Below, piece after piece: positions 51,092 through 60,751 of a DNA stretch of 64,000 nucleotides. Position 1 is the first letter of the stretch. Each line of letters starts with the position of its first letter. Source of the DNA: Polyangiales bacterium (GTDB lineage Bacteria; Myxococcota_A; Polyangia; Polyangiales; Polyangiaceae); NCBI GenBank assembly GCA_038230375.1, contig JBBRNJ010000037.1:17443-81442 (forward strand), read 5' to 3'. The notes beneath the pieces are model-generated. The model saw only the letters and a list, made by a program, of their open reading frames with translations, ran no database searches and was not told the DNA's origin. The position numbers and the translations under genes were made by a program.

Positions 51092-52543
51092 GTGAAGGCG
51101 CCCTCCGCCGTCCATGTCGGCGATCTGATCGACGGCAAATACCGCATCGAAGCGCAGATCGGCGCGGGTGCAATGGCGGTCGTGTATTCGGCGCACCACA
51201 TGCAGCGCGACGAGCGCGTCGCATTGAAGTTCCTGGATCCGAAGCTCCACGCGAGCGCGGAGGCGAAGGCCCGGTTCGCGCGTGAGGCAAGGGCGTCCTT
51301 CTCGCTTCGCAGCGAGCACGTCGCGCGCGTGATGGACGTCGGCGTGACGGCGGGCGGGACGCCATTCATGGTGATGGAGCTGCTCCTCGGAGACACCCTC
51401 GAGAAGTACGTGGAGGACAACGGCCCGCTGCCGTTGAGTCTCGCGCTCTCGTTCGCGGTCCAGGCCACGCGGGGCGTGGCGGTCGCGCATGCCAGCGGCA
51501 TCGTCCACCGTGACATCAAGCCCGAGAACCTCTTCGTCACGCCACGCCCAAGCGGCGATCCGCTGATCCGTGTGCTCGATTTCGGCATCTCGAAGGAGCT
51601 GCTCGGCGAGCGCGAGGGGTCGCTCACGGGCACGAACGACCTGATCGGCACGCCGTCGTACATGGCGCCCGAACAGTTCGCGCACGCCAAGACGGCCGAT
51701 CCGCGCGCAGACGTCTGGTCGCTCGGGATCCTGCTCTACTGGCTGCTGACCGGGACAACGCCATTCGACGCACCCACGCCGATGGGCATCATGAGCGCAA
51801 TCCTCACGCGAAAGCCCACGGGCGCGTCGCTCGTGAACCCACGCGTCACACGCGACGTCGACGACGTGATCCTCCACTGCATCACGCGTGATCGTGCCGG
51901 CCGGTTCGACAACGCGGCTGCGCTCTTGCGTGCGCTCGAGCCGCTGCTCTTGCAAGCGCGCAAGGCGGAGGAGCGCGAGGAGCCCGCGTCGCGACCGCCA
52001 ACGGCGGAGGAAATACAGGCTCTGGAAGACGCTCCGACGTATGCCGACTCCCGCCCTCCGGTGACCGCACGCAGCAGGACGATCGAGGTCCCGGACGAGT
52101 ACCCGGTGTCGAGTCGTGACGTGATCTCGGTCGGGCCCGTGTCGGGGAGGACCGCGGTGATGGTGCTGCCCCAGCGTCTGTCCGCGCCACCGCCAGAGGT
52201 GATGAGGGCGTCAGCGCCACCGCCCGCGCAAGAACGTCCGTCGACATTCGATCGGACGTATCCCCTCTCGCAGCATGGGCCATTGCAGCTGGCGGCGAAC
52301 GCGCTCCGAGCATCGGCTCCGCCGCCTGCGCCCAGGCCCTCTCACGTGCCACGCGACTCGCAGTGGTCGGACGTGTCCCGGACGTCGATGCAGGCACCGC
52401 AGCCGAGCGGCGGCGGCCGTGAGCAACGCACATTGATCATCACCGCGGCGATCGTGTTCGCCGTGGTCACGATCGGTGGGGCTGCAACGCTGGCCCTCCG
52501 CGGGTGCGCGAAGCCGCCGCCCTCCTCTGTACAGGCCCACTGA
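51092..52543 (+). CDS. Ser/Thr protein kinase with C-terminal TM anchor
   Basis: GAGAMAVVY, VALK, RFAREA, HRDIKPENLF, DFGISK, GTPSYMAPEQ; C-terminal TM. Confidence 0.92.
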   Translation: MKAPSAVHVGDLIDGKYRIEAQIGAGAMAVVYSAHHMQRDERVALKFLDPKLHASAEAKARFAREARASFSLRSEHVARVMDVGVTAGGTPFMVMELLLGDTLEKYVEDNGPLPLSLALSFAVQATRGVAVAHASGIVHRDIKPENLFVTPRPSGDPLIRVLDFGISKELLGEREGSLTGTNDLIGTPSYMAPEQFAHAKTADPRADVWSLGILLYWLLTGTTPFDAPTPMGIMSAILTRKPTGASLVNPRVTRDVDDVILHCITRDRAGRFDNAAALLRALEPLLLQARKAEEREEPASRPPTAEEIQALEDAPTYADSRPPVTARSRTIEVPDEYPVSSRDVISVGPVSGRTAVMVLPQRLSAPPPEVMRASAPPPAQERPSTFDRTYPLSQHGPLQLAANALRASAPPPAPRPSHVPRDSQWSDVSRTSMQAPQPSGGGREQRTLIITAAIVFAVVTIGGAATLALRGCAKPPPSSVQAH

Positions 52544-52570
52544 GAACGCTCGCGACGACATCCGCTCGGG

Positions 52571-53290
52571 TCAGAACACGCAGCACCAGTTGGCGGCATT
52601 GAACGACAGGTGCGGACCGGGCGCGTAGCACGGAGGTTCGCCTGCGCTCGCGTCGGCGACACCCAGCATTCCCACGGCCTCCATGAAGCGCCGGGGGTCG
52701 GCGTTCGGCGCCAGGGTGTAACCGTGAACAAATGGCGCCTCGCAGACGACGATCCCGGGCTGGTGGGCTGGGACGAGCATGGCGCGGAGCTGCGCGTTCG
52801 ATGCGCGAGCGGGTCTTGGCGGCGCGCCTGCGTCCGTCGCGAAAGAGAGCTCGAACGCGCGCGCGTCGAAGTCGAACAGGACGCGGCCGTTGTCGGTCGT
52901 GAGGGCGCCACGCCCGCCCAGGAAGAGCACGAGGGGCTTCTCGCGGCCGTCGAGCTTCACGCTCCCGGTGCACCACGGGCTGTATTGCCAGCCGTCGGGC
53001 TGGCTCGTGTCCACCTCGCGCGCCGTCGCGAAGAGGGCGCGCACCTGAGGATCGGAGATGGTGGTGAGCTGGCCAGCGGAGGTACTGCACGTGACGGTTC
53101 CAGCAGAGAGGCGCGCGGCGGACGGGAGCGCGGAGGCCGAAGCGGCGGGGACTGCGCGGCTGGGCGGAGGCGCGAGATCTGGTGCGGGCGTTGGTGCGAC
53201 CGGCGGGGGCTGGCGGTCGTCGCAGCCCATCGCGGAGGCGAGACCAAGGCACAGGAGCACCGCGCGACAAGCGCTCATGGGTGCGAGCAT
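52571..53290 (-). CDS. Lipoprotein of unknown function
   Basis: Lipobox AMGC, Pro/Ala linker, Cys-containing domain. Confidence 0.65.
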   Translation of the reverse strand: MLAPMSACRAVLLCLGLASAMGCDDRQPPPVAPTPAPDLAPPPSRAVPAASASALPSAARLSAGTVTCSTSAGQLTTISDPQVRALFATAREVDTSQPDGWQYSPWCTGSVKLDGREKPLVLFLGGRGALTTDNGRVLFDFDARAFELSFATDAGAPPRPARASNAQLRAMLVPAHQPGIVVCEAPFVHGYTLAPNADPRRFMEAVGMLGVADASAGEPPCYAPGPHLSFNAANWCCVF

Positions 53291-53494
53291 ACCGGGCGCT
53301 CAGCGGAACGGGAAGATCCAGTCCTACTCGCTCTGAGGTGCTGTCCCATCGACGTTGCGCAGCGGGCGCCGGTCGTCGTCGGGAGCGCAGCATGACGTCA
53401 CCATCGTGATGACGCCCGCACGCCAGCGAGGCCTCTACAACGTGGCGCTGCTCCGAAGGAGTGTGATTCCGAAGTGATGATCGGAACTGCGGGT

Positions 53495-56143
53495 TCACCG
53501 GAACGGGAACATGCAGTCGTACTCGAGGCGCGAGAGGTAGTCGGTGTACGCGTTCGGGCCGCCCACACGGACGGCATCGTCGACTCCGGCGCGCGCGTCG
53601 GCATCCCGCGCGAAGCGGTAGGCATCCGCGGCGCGCACCAGCGAGAAGCTGGCGTCCTGGTACTGCGTCAGGCGAAGCGAAAGCTCGGGGGACGCGGTGT
53701 CGCGGAGGAGCGCGCGCGGGTGCGTGCGAGCGGCGAGCAGGCCCTCGATCGAGAGCGCGGGCCGCGCGCGGAGCAATGGATACTCGACCGCCGGCAGATC
53801 GTCGGTGACCGGCACGGCGCTGCTCGCCCATTGCTGGAGCTCCGCGCGGCCGCTGACCAGCGTCGCGAGCATGGTCTCCGGAGAGTCGAAGCCGACGAGG
53901 TGAAGGTGCGCGGCGACCTCGGGTGATTGCGCCCGGAGACGAGCAAGCTCCAGGTCGATCGCGATGGGCTCGTTGGACGCGAGCAGGACGGCCTCGTGGC
54001 GCGCCGGGATGAACAGGAAGACCTCGCGGAAGACGTCGGTCATGGCGCGCACCAGCATGCGGTTCTGCATGTCAGACTGCTCGTCCAGCGGGATCCACTG
54101 CGTGAGGAGGCCCTTGGGCGCAAGCCGCGACAAGGCCAGCTCGTAGAACTCGCGCGTGTAGAGGCTGACCGTGCCTGCCGTGATCGGCGGCGGAGGCTCG
54201 AACGAGATCACGTCGTAGCGATCATGCGTGGTGAGGAGATGGTGCCTGCCGTCATCCACCGCCAGGTGCACCTTTGGCGAGAGCTGCACGTCGTGGTTCA
54301 CGTCACGGAAGAGCGGCGCGGCGTCCAGCACATCGCGGTTCAGATCGACGATGGTGAGCGACACGAGCTCGGGGTACTGGGCGAACGTGCCGGCCGTGGT
54401 TCCGGTCCCGAAGCAGACGACCAGCGCGCTGCGCGGAGCGGGATGCGCGAGCATGGGGAGGCTCGCCAGCGTGGTCATGTAGCGACGGCCCGTGAGCGCA
54501 GTGGTCGCGTACGACATAGACCCGAAGCGGAGCTGCCGATGGTGCCACGGCACCTCTGCGCATCGCTCGGGGCAGGTCACGTTGCTGCCCGGAGTCTTGC
54601 AAGCGGATTCGTACGTGTACTCGATGACGGCGAGGATCCCGTCCCTGCCGTCCACGACGCGGATGGGCTTGCCCGCGAACATGTCGGTGTAGCGCGAGAC
54701 GAGCCAGTCCGACGGCAGCAAGAAGCCAACACCGCCAAAGACAAGCGTGGCGAGCAGCACCCTGACGCGCTCTCTCCGCGTCGCGCTCGTGTCCATGCGC
54801 GCGACGAGCGCCGCGACCGAAAGGCTCAGCGCCGAGAGCGCGAAGAAGCAGCGCTGCGTGCCCAGCCACGGCAAGAGGATGAAGCCCACGCCGAGCGAGC
54901 CGAGGATCCCGCCAACGGTGTTGACGGAGTAGAGGAGGCCGACGTTCGCGCCCACGCGCTCGACCCGGCGCGTGGTGAGCTGCACGACGCACGGGAAGAC
55001 CACGCCGATGATCGTCGCGGGCACGAGCATCACCAGCGACGCGTGCGCCAGGATCCCGAGTACGCCCGCGCCCTCGAGCGCGAGCTGGAGCGGCCGCGAT
55101 TGGCCCAGGATCGTCATCGACAGGAGCCCTACGAACGCGAGCAGCAGCTGCGACGACGCGAAGACCAGCAGATCGCGACCGAGCTTGCCCAGCCACACCG
55201 CGTAGATCACGGCGCCAAGCACGAGGCCGAGAAGGAACACCACGAGAAGGGCCGAGAACGCGTACGCGGTGGATGGCAGGAAGAGGCCGAGCCCACGGAA
55301 CCAGAGCATCTCGTAGGAGATCGAGACGAACCCTGACACACCGAAGGCGAGCACGAGCCAGCGGTCCGAGGTCGAGGCCGAAGTCGAAGTCGAGGTCGAG
55401 GTCTGAGGTGTTGGGCGCGCAGCGAACGGCACCGAAACGGGGGTGTCGGGGGCAGAGCCACCGACTGTGGAGCCCGAGGTCGAAGTCGAGCCCGAAGTCG
55501 AAGTCAAAGTCGAGGTCACGGGGTGGCGGCTCAACAGGAGCGCGGCTCCGGCTACGGCCAGGTTTGTGGCGCTTGCGAGGGCCGCCGTGAACAGGAGGCC
55601 GTATGCGCCGACGAGCCAGAAGCCCGCCAGCGCGCAACCAAGGACGGCGCCGAGGGTGTTCGTGCCGTAGAGAAAGCCGAAGTGTCTGCCGACCGCGGTC
55701 TGGTCGCGCGCTACGAAGCGGGTGAGCATTGGCAGCGTCGCGCCCATCGCGATGGTGGGCGGCAAAAGGAGCGCGAACGTCAGCGCCACGCGCATGGTCT
55801 CCGAGCCGCCGCCCGGCGCGCCCAGCGCCTCTCCGAGTCCTTCGAGCCGACGAAGGACGAGCGTGAGCGCGATGGCGAGGAGGCCGGTCAGCGCCTCGAG
55901 CGCAGCGTAGGTGCGCAGTGGGCTCTTCGCGCGCGAAGCGAGGCGGCCGCCGAGCATGCTGCCAAGCGCAAGGCCCGAAAGAAAGGAGCTCACCACCACA
56001 CTGGCCGCGAACATGGTGTGCCCGATGACCAGCGTCAGCTGGCGCATCCACACGACCTCGTAGACGAGCCCGCTGGTCCCGGACGCGAGGAACAAGAGGA
56101 CCACGCCCGCATCGTGGAGGCCGAACCGGCCGCGCTGGGTCAA
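53495..56143 (-). CDS. Fused MFS-like membrane domain / spermidine synthase-like methyltransferase
   Basis: SG.SGLVYEVVW.R repeated TM module; ALVVCFGTGTT, DDGRHHL, YDVISFEPP, LYTREFY, TDDLPAVEY. TTG 56143 follows an AAGGAAAGG RBS. Confidence 0.85.
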   Translation of the reverse strand: MTQRGRFGLHDAGVVLLFLASGTSGLVYEVVWMRQLTLVIGHTMFAASVVVSSFLSGLALGSMLGGRLASRAKSPLRTYAALEALTGLLAIALTLVLRRLEGLGEALGAPGGGSETMRVALTFALLLPPTIAMGATLPMLTRFVARDQTAVGRHFGFLYGTNTLGAVLGCALAGFWLVGAYGLLFTAALASATNLAVAGAALLLSRHPVTSTLTSTSGSTSTSGSTVGGSAPDTPVSVPFAARPTPQTSTSTSTSASTSDRWLVLAFGVSGFVSISYEMLWFRGLGLFLPSTAYAFSALLVVFLLGLVLGAVIYAVWLGKLGRDLLVFASSQLLLAFVGLLSMTILGQSRPLQLALEGAGVLGILAHASLVMLVPATIIGVVFPCVVQLTTRRVERVGANVGLLYSVNTVGGILGSLGVGFILLPWLGTQRCFFALSALSLSVAALVARMDTSATRRERVRVLLATLVFGGVGFLLPSDWLVSRYTDMFAGKPIRVVDGRDGILAVIEYTYESACKTPGSNVTCPERCAEVPWHHRQLRFGSMSYATTALTGRRYMTTLASLPMLAHPAPRSALVVCFGTGTTAGTFAQYPELVSLTIVDLNRDVLDAAPLFRDVNHDVQLSPKVHLAVDDGRHHLLTTHDRYDVISFEPPPPITAGTVSLYTREFYELALSRLAPKGLLTQWIPLDEQSDMQNRMLVRAMTDVFREVFLFIPARHEAVLLASNEPIAIDLELARLRAQSPEVAAHLHLVGFDSPETMLATLVSGRAELQQWASSAVPVTDDLPAVEYPLLRARPALSIEGLLAARTHPRALLRDTASPELSLRLTQYQDASFSLVRAADAYRFARDADARAGVDDAVRVGGPNAYTDYLSRLEYDCMFPFR
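55365..55520. repeat. GTCGAR hexamer tracts flanking a REP-like hairpin, inside the CDS
   Basis: Degenerate (gtcgag/gtcgaa)n tracts encoding TSTSTS; hairpin GTCGGGGGC-AGA-GCCACCGAC at 55445-55465. Confidence 0.6.
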
Positions 56144-56262
56144 GGGCGAGCCTTTCCTTCTTGCACGATCGCTAGATACCCCAGTGTGGCTCGTCAAACA
56201 ATCGAGTGCGCGCGCACGATTCGGGTTGCGCGCTTCGCTTCTTGGGTAAGAATCGGCACGCG

Positions 56263-56685
56263 ATGACGGCGGACTGGCACGTGTGGGTGGAAGGTGCAGA
56301 GCCCGTGGGCCCGGTGACCGCCGAGTTGATCGCACGCGGTCTACGCGCCGGCAAGGTCCCGAGCGACGCGCGCGTGCGCCAGGGCGACGATCCGTTCTGG
56401 TCCGACCTGCTCGACGCCACGGAGATCGTTGCAGCGCTCAAGGCCGTGAGCGTGGAGAGCGAGCCGCCGCCGCCATCGTCCATGACGCCGAACCTGCTCG
56501 CGCAGCGGTACCTCGTCTGGGTAGAAGGCTCCGAGCTCGTGGGACCCGTGTCAGCAGACCAGATTGCACGAGGCATCCGCGCAGGCAGGGTTCCAACGCA
56601 CGCAAGCCTGCAGCGCGAGGGCGACCTGTTCGCGTACGACATCCTCGACGAGCCCGAAGTCATCGCCGCTCTGAAGCAGCTCTGA
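56263..56685 (+). CDS. Tandem GYF_2-like domain protein
   Basis: Two copies of VWVEG.E.VGPV.A..IARG.RAG.VP..A.......F..D.LD..E..AALK. Confidence 0.78.
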   Translation: MTADWHVWVEGAEPVGPVTAELIARGLRAGKVPSDARVRQGDDPFWSDLLDATEIVAALKAVSVESEPPPPSSMTPNLLAQRYLVWVEGSELVGPVSADQIARGIRAGRVPTHASLQREGDLFAYDILDEPEVIAALKQL

Positions 56686-56848
56686 GCGACACGGGACAAT
56701 CTGCCCCAGTCGGGCGGAGGGTGTGACGTTGGTGCAAGATGGCCCGAGGCATTGACGCGCGATCCGCGCTGGATTTGCGCCCGTTCCGTACCGCCGATCG
56801 CATTGGAACGACGGTCTCCGCCGCGGGCACGCTCTCTGCAAGCCCTGT

Positions 56849-58285
56849 ATGGACGCGATGAGCGCAAGAGACGACGAAGCGAGCCACGCGGCGGGCGTGG
56901 GCAGCACCGGCAAGAGCGGGCTCGAGCGCGTGATGAGCGTGTTCGCCGACACGAAGCGCGGCGAAGGCCCCAGCGCCGTGCTGCTCATGCTGAGCGTCTT
57001 CTTGCTTCTGACCTCGTACTACCTTCTCAAGACGGCGCGCGAGCCGCTGATCCTCGAGAGCGGCGCAGAGGTGAAGAGCTACTCGACGGCGGCGCAGGCG
57101 CTGCTGCTCATTCCCGTCACATACCTGTATGGCCGGCTGGCGACGAAGGTCGGGCGCATCAAGCTCATCACGATCGTCACGCTGTTCTTCGCGTCCAACC
57201 TGTTCGTGTTCTTCGCGCTGCATCTTGCCCACGTGAAGATCGGCGTGCCGTTCTTCCTGTGGGTTGGCGTCTTCAACGTGATGATCGTCGCGCAGTTCTG
57301 GAGCTTCGCCGCAGACGTGTACTCGGAGGAGCAAGGCAAGCGGCTCTTCGCGATCATCGGCATCGGGAGCACGGTGGGCGCAGCCTGTGGCTCCGCCGTT
57401 GCGGGGCGCCTCATCCACCCGATCGGCATCTACGGTCTGATGCTGACAGCGGTGGGATTCTTGCTCGCGTCGCTGGGCATCACGCGCCTCGTCCACAAGA
57501 GGGAGACATCACGCCCCGCCGTTGCGACGGAGAAGCAGGCGGAAGGTGCGTCGCCCGCGACGAAGGTCGACAAGGAGGCGCCGCTCGGGAAGAAAGGGGG
57601 CTTCGCGCTTCTTCTCTCCGACCGGTACCTGTTCCTCATCGCCGCGCTGCTCTTCATCCTGAACTGCGTCAACACGAGCGGCGAGTACATCCTAGACCGG
57701 ACGCTCGTGCAGCACCTCAAGGACACGGTCCCGGCGGGCGTGGACGCCCACGCGTGGACCGAAGAGCAACTCGGCGTCTTCAAGGCCCACTATTTTCTCT
57801 ACGTCAACACCGCCACCGTGGTGCTGCAGTTCTTCGCCGTCTCGCGCGTGATCAAGTATCTGGGAGTTCGCGTGGCGCTCTTCATCGCGCCGCTCATCTC
57901 GCTCGCCGGCTATTCGGCTGCGTTCTTCTTCCCCGTCATCGGGATCATCTTCGCAGTGAAGATCAGCGAGAACACGCTCGACTATTCGCTTCAGAACACT
58001 GCAAAGCAGGCCCTCTGGCTCGTCACGTCACGCGACGAAAAGTACAAGGCGAAAAACGTCGTGGACTCCTTCGTGGTGAGGTGTGGCGATTTCCTCTCGG
58101 CGGGCATCACGTTCGTCGGGGGGGCGCTCGGGTTTGCGACGCGTCACTTCATCCTCGTGAACGCAGGGATGGTCCTCGGGTGGTTGACGATCGTCCTGCT
58201 CCTGTCCCGCGTTCACAAGCAGCGTGAGGCGAGCCACCTTACCGCGGGATCACCGAAGTCGACGGCGCCCGCGGTGGCGGAATGA
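56849..58285 (+). CDS. NTP/NDP exchange transporter (NTT, ATP:ADP antiporter family)
   Basis: YYLLKTAREPL, FFLWVGVFNVMIVAQFWSFAADVY..EQGKRLF.II, YSLQNTAKQALW, EKYKAKNVVDSFVVR.GD; about 12 TM. Confidence 0.88.
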   Translation: MDAMSARDDEASHAAGVGSTGKSGLERVMSVFADTKRGEGPSAVLLMLSVFLLLTSYYLLKTAREPLILESGAEVKSYSTAAQALLLIPVTYLYGRLATKVGRIKLITIVTLFFASNLFVFFALHLAHVKIGVPFFLWVGVFNVMIVAQFWSFAADVYSEEQGKRLFAIIGIGSTVGAACGSAVAGRLIHPIGIYGLMLTAVGFLLASLGITRLVHKRETSRPAVATEKQAEGASPATKVDKEAPLGKKGGFALLLSDRYLFLIAALLFILNCVNTSGEYILDRTLVQHLKDTVPAGVDAHAWTEEQLGVFKAHYFLYVNTATVVLQFFAVSRVIKYLGVRVALFIAPLISLAGYSAAFFFPVIGIIFAVKISENTLDYSLQNTAKQALWLVTSRDEKYKAKNVVDSFVVRCGDFLSAGITFVGGALGFATRHFILVNAGMVLGWLTIVLLLSRVHKQREASHLTAGSPKSTAPAVAE

Positions 58286-59715
58286 GCGACGGCAGGGCCG
58301 CATGGGCGCGAACACGCTCCGTCCTCCCCCGCGCCGCGATAGCCCTGGCTCTTCTCGCCGCGACCTGGGAAAGAGCAGCTCGCGCGGACGACGCGACGCG
58401 GGCGAGCGATCAGCAGGGGCGACCGCGCGTCGAAGGACCCGCCCCGGACCCGAAGGATCCGAAGAACGCAGCCGCAGACAAGCCGAGAGGTGACCCGCTC
58501 AACTCCAGAAATCACATCACGAAGCCCGAAGAAGGTCCGAAGGACAAGCAAAAAGCAGACGACGGAAAGGCGACCGGGGACTTCAACATCTTGCCTGTCG
58601 CGGGCGGTGACACGGACATCGGCATCGGCGTGGGCTTCTTCGCGGGCTACGCGCGCAAGCGAAAGGGAATGGAGCCCTACATCTGGAATCTGGAGGCGGC
58701 CGGGTTCATCACCGGGAAGCCCCGCGACGGTGGCGGAGTCCTTTTGCCCTATCAGGACCTCGTAGGCAGACTCACGATTCCTCGCTTCCTGGGCAAGCCG
58801 ATGCGCCTCGAGATCCAGCCGGAGTACAGCTTCGAGACGATCACCTATTACGGCCTTGGTAACGCATCGACTACCAATGTTCCAGCAGGCCAGAAAGCTC
58901 CCCAGTACTTCGAGTTCGTCCGGGTTCATCCCACGATCTCGGCCACGGTGCACGTCCGGATCATTGACCATCTCGCCGCCATCACGGGATTCGGATTCAC
59001 GCAGAACGTCGTCCAGATCCGCAACGGAACGAAGATCGACGACGACCAGAAGAACGGCAATGCCGAGGTGAAGCGTCTGCTCGGAAATTCACGCGCGGAC
59101 CACCCAGTCATTTATTTCAAGTACGGAGTTCAATGGGATACGCGAGACAACGAAGTCTCACCGACCAAGGGTACGTACGACGAAATCGTCCTGAAGCTCG
59201 CGCCCGGCTATGCGAACGGCGAGTTTCCGCACCGCTACGGACAGACCACCGCGATCGCACGCGTGTATTATCCACTCATCAAGAACCGGCTCACCTTCGC
59301 GGCGCGCGCGGTGGGTGACGGGTTCTTCGGTGATTCGGTGCCCTTCTACGAGCTCACACGCTACGCGGACACCTATGCCACCGGTGTGAACGGCATCCGC
59401 GGCGTCCCCGCGCAGCGGTACTCGGGGCGCGGCAAGGTGTTCACCAATACCGAGCTCCGCGTGGACATCGCCACGTTCAAGCTCTTCAACAAGACGATGG
59501 CGGCTGGAGCGGTGGCGTTCTTCGACGCAGGCCGGTTCTGGGCGGACACCAAGCGCGAATCCGTGCTGGACGGAACCGGCTTGGGCCTGAAATATGGCGT
59601 CGGCACCGGCGCGCGGCTCAAGTCGGGCGATACCTTCGTCCTTCGGCTCGACGTCGCGTGGTCACCCGACGCGACCCCGATCGGCGCCTATCTCGCGACC
59701 GGCGAAATCTTCTGA
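58282..59715 (+). CDS. Omp85 (BamA/TamA-family) beta-barrel protein lacking POTRA domains
   Basis: Signal peptide, WDTRDNEVSPTKG, IRGVPAQRYSG, NTELR, FFDAGRFW, GVGTGAR, LRLDVAW, C-terminal Phe; ATGA overlap with NTT. Confidence 0.85.
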   Translation: MSDGRAAWARTRSVLPRAAIALALLAATWERAARADDATRASDQQGRPRVEGPAPDPKDPKNAAADKPRGDPLNSRNHITKPEEGPKDKQKADDGKATGDFNILPVAGGDTDIGIGVGFFAGYARKRKGMEPYIWNLEAAGFITGKPRDGGGVLLPYQDLVGRLTIPRFLGKPMRLEIQPEYSFETITYYGLGNASTTNVPAGQKAPQYFEFVRVHPTISATVHVRIIDHLAAITGFGFTQNVVQIRNGTKIDDDQKNGNAEVKRLLGNSRADHPVIYFKYGVQWDTRDNEVSPTKGTYDEIVLKLAPGYANGEFPHRYGQTTAIARVYYPLIKNRLTFAARAVGDGFFGDSVPFYELTRYADTYATGVNGIRGVPAQRYSGRGKVFTNTELRVDIATFKLFNKTMAAGAVAFFDAGRFWADTKRESVLDGTGLGLKYGVGTGARLKSGDTFVLRLDVAWSPDATPIGAYLATGEIF

Positions 59716-59772
59716 CATCGCCGCGCGAGTCATCGTCGCAATAGCGATCGCGCCAGGGGGCCAGAGGGCCGT

Positions 59773-60060
59773 TCAAGGCTTGGCGTTGGGCGACACCGCC
59801 TTCGGTGCGGTGGGCGTTCCACCGAACGGCGGCGCCGTCGTGGCCCATTCCTTCATCGCCTGACCGCCGGGACGATCGATGTGAACCTTCTCGTCCACCG
59901 ACGTCACCCACTTCATGGGGATGAAGTGAGCTTGGCCCTTACCGTCCTTCATGAGCTGGATGGTGTCACCAGCGGCGAGGTGGTCCACCGTCGCAAACTG
60001 ACCTCCCTCCGAGCAGACGACGGGAGTATTCGGCTTGATCTTGGATTTGTCGATGTTCAT
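59773..60060 (-). CDS. DUF2171-family small protein
   Basis: IKPNTPVVCSEGGQFATVDHL...I.L.KD..GQAHFIP..WV..VD.KVH; start re-assigned to 60060. Confidence 0.8.
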   Translation of the reverse strand: MNIDKSKIKPNTPVVCSEGGQFATVDHLAAGDTIQLMKDGKGQAHFIPMKWVTSVDEKVHIDRPGGQAMKEWATTAPPFGGTPTAPKAVSPNAKP

Positions 60061-60211
60061 GGACGACGTCCACGCAACGCGCATGCCGCGCGCGCCACCG
60101 CCGCCATCAGCCCGACGCTCAGAGCGAGGCTGCGCGCGTCTGCCTCGATGCGGTGCAGCCCGCCACATATGCGCTCGCTCGCTTGGCGCGCCACTCGCAG
60201 TAGCGTCAGCA

Positions 60212-60376
60212 ATGACCACCAAGAACCGTCAGAAGGCCTCCAAAAGCGTGAAGACCGCGCTCCACAAGATGCATGGCGGGGCACTACGGTCGGGGCGCTC
60301 CGGCAAGAAGGTCACGAATCCCGAGCAGGCGATCGCGATCGGACTATCCGACGCACGCGCGAAGGGTGGCGAGTGA
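60212..60376 (+). CDS. DUF6496-like small basic protein
   Basis: KASKSV...HKM..G.LRSGRSGKKVTNPEQAIAIGLSDARAKG. Confidence 0.75.
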   Translation: MTTKNRQKASKSVKTALHKMHGGALRSGRSGKKVTNPEQAIAIGLSDARAKGGE

Positions 60377-60621
60377 TGGACCGCCGCATCCTCATCTGGT
60401 CGGCGCTGCCGCTGCTCGCGTGTATGGCAGGGCTCGCCGTTGCGCTCCTCGCGCCAGCTCGCGAGGAGCTCGCGTCGACGGTCTCGGTGCCCGCGCAGAT
60501 CCCTCCGGCGCCGAGCCCAACACCCCTCCCGCCACCCACACCGCCACCGGTGCCGAGCCCCTTGCCGACCACGCCGCCGACACCCACGCCGACCACGCCG
60601 CCGACACCCACGCCGCGCTGA
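60376..60621 (+). CDS. Small TM-anchored Pro/Thr-rich protein
   Basis: TGATG overlap; N-terminal TM; PT-rich tail. Confidence 0.55.
   Translation: MDRRILIWSALPLLACMAGLAVALLAPAREELASTVSVPAQIPPAPSPTPLPPPTPPPVPSPLPTTPPTPTPTTPPTPTPR
60564..60611 (+). repeat. Perfect 24-bp tandem duplication
   Basis: GCCGACCACGCCGCCGACACCCAC x2, encoding PTTPPTPT. Confidence 0.85.
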
Positions 60622-60751
60622 CCCGAATCCGTGGATAAACAATGAAGCCGAATCCGCCAGTAAATTGCACGATTGCCCCGCGCGCCGCATGTCCCGCGTG
60701 CGTCAGTGCTCCTCCAACGGAGCCAGCTGCCGAGTCGGGTGGCGGAGCGCC

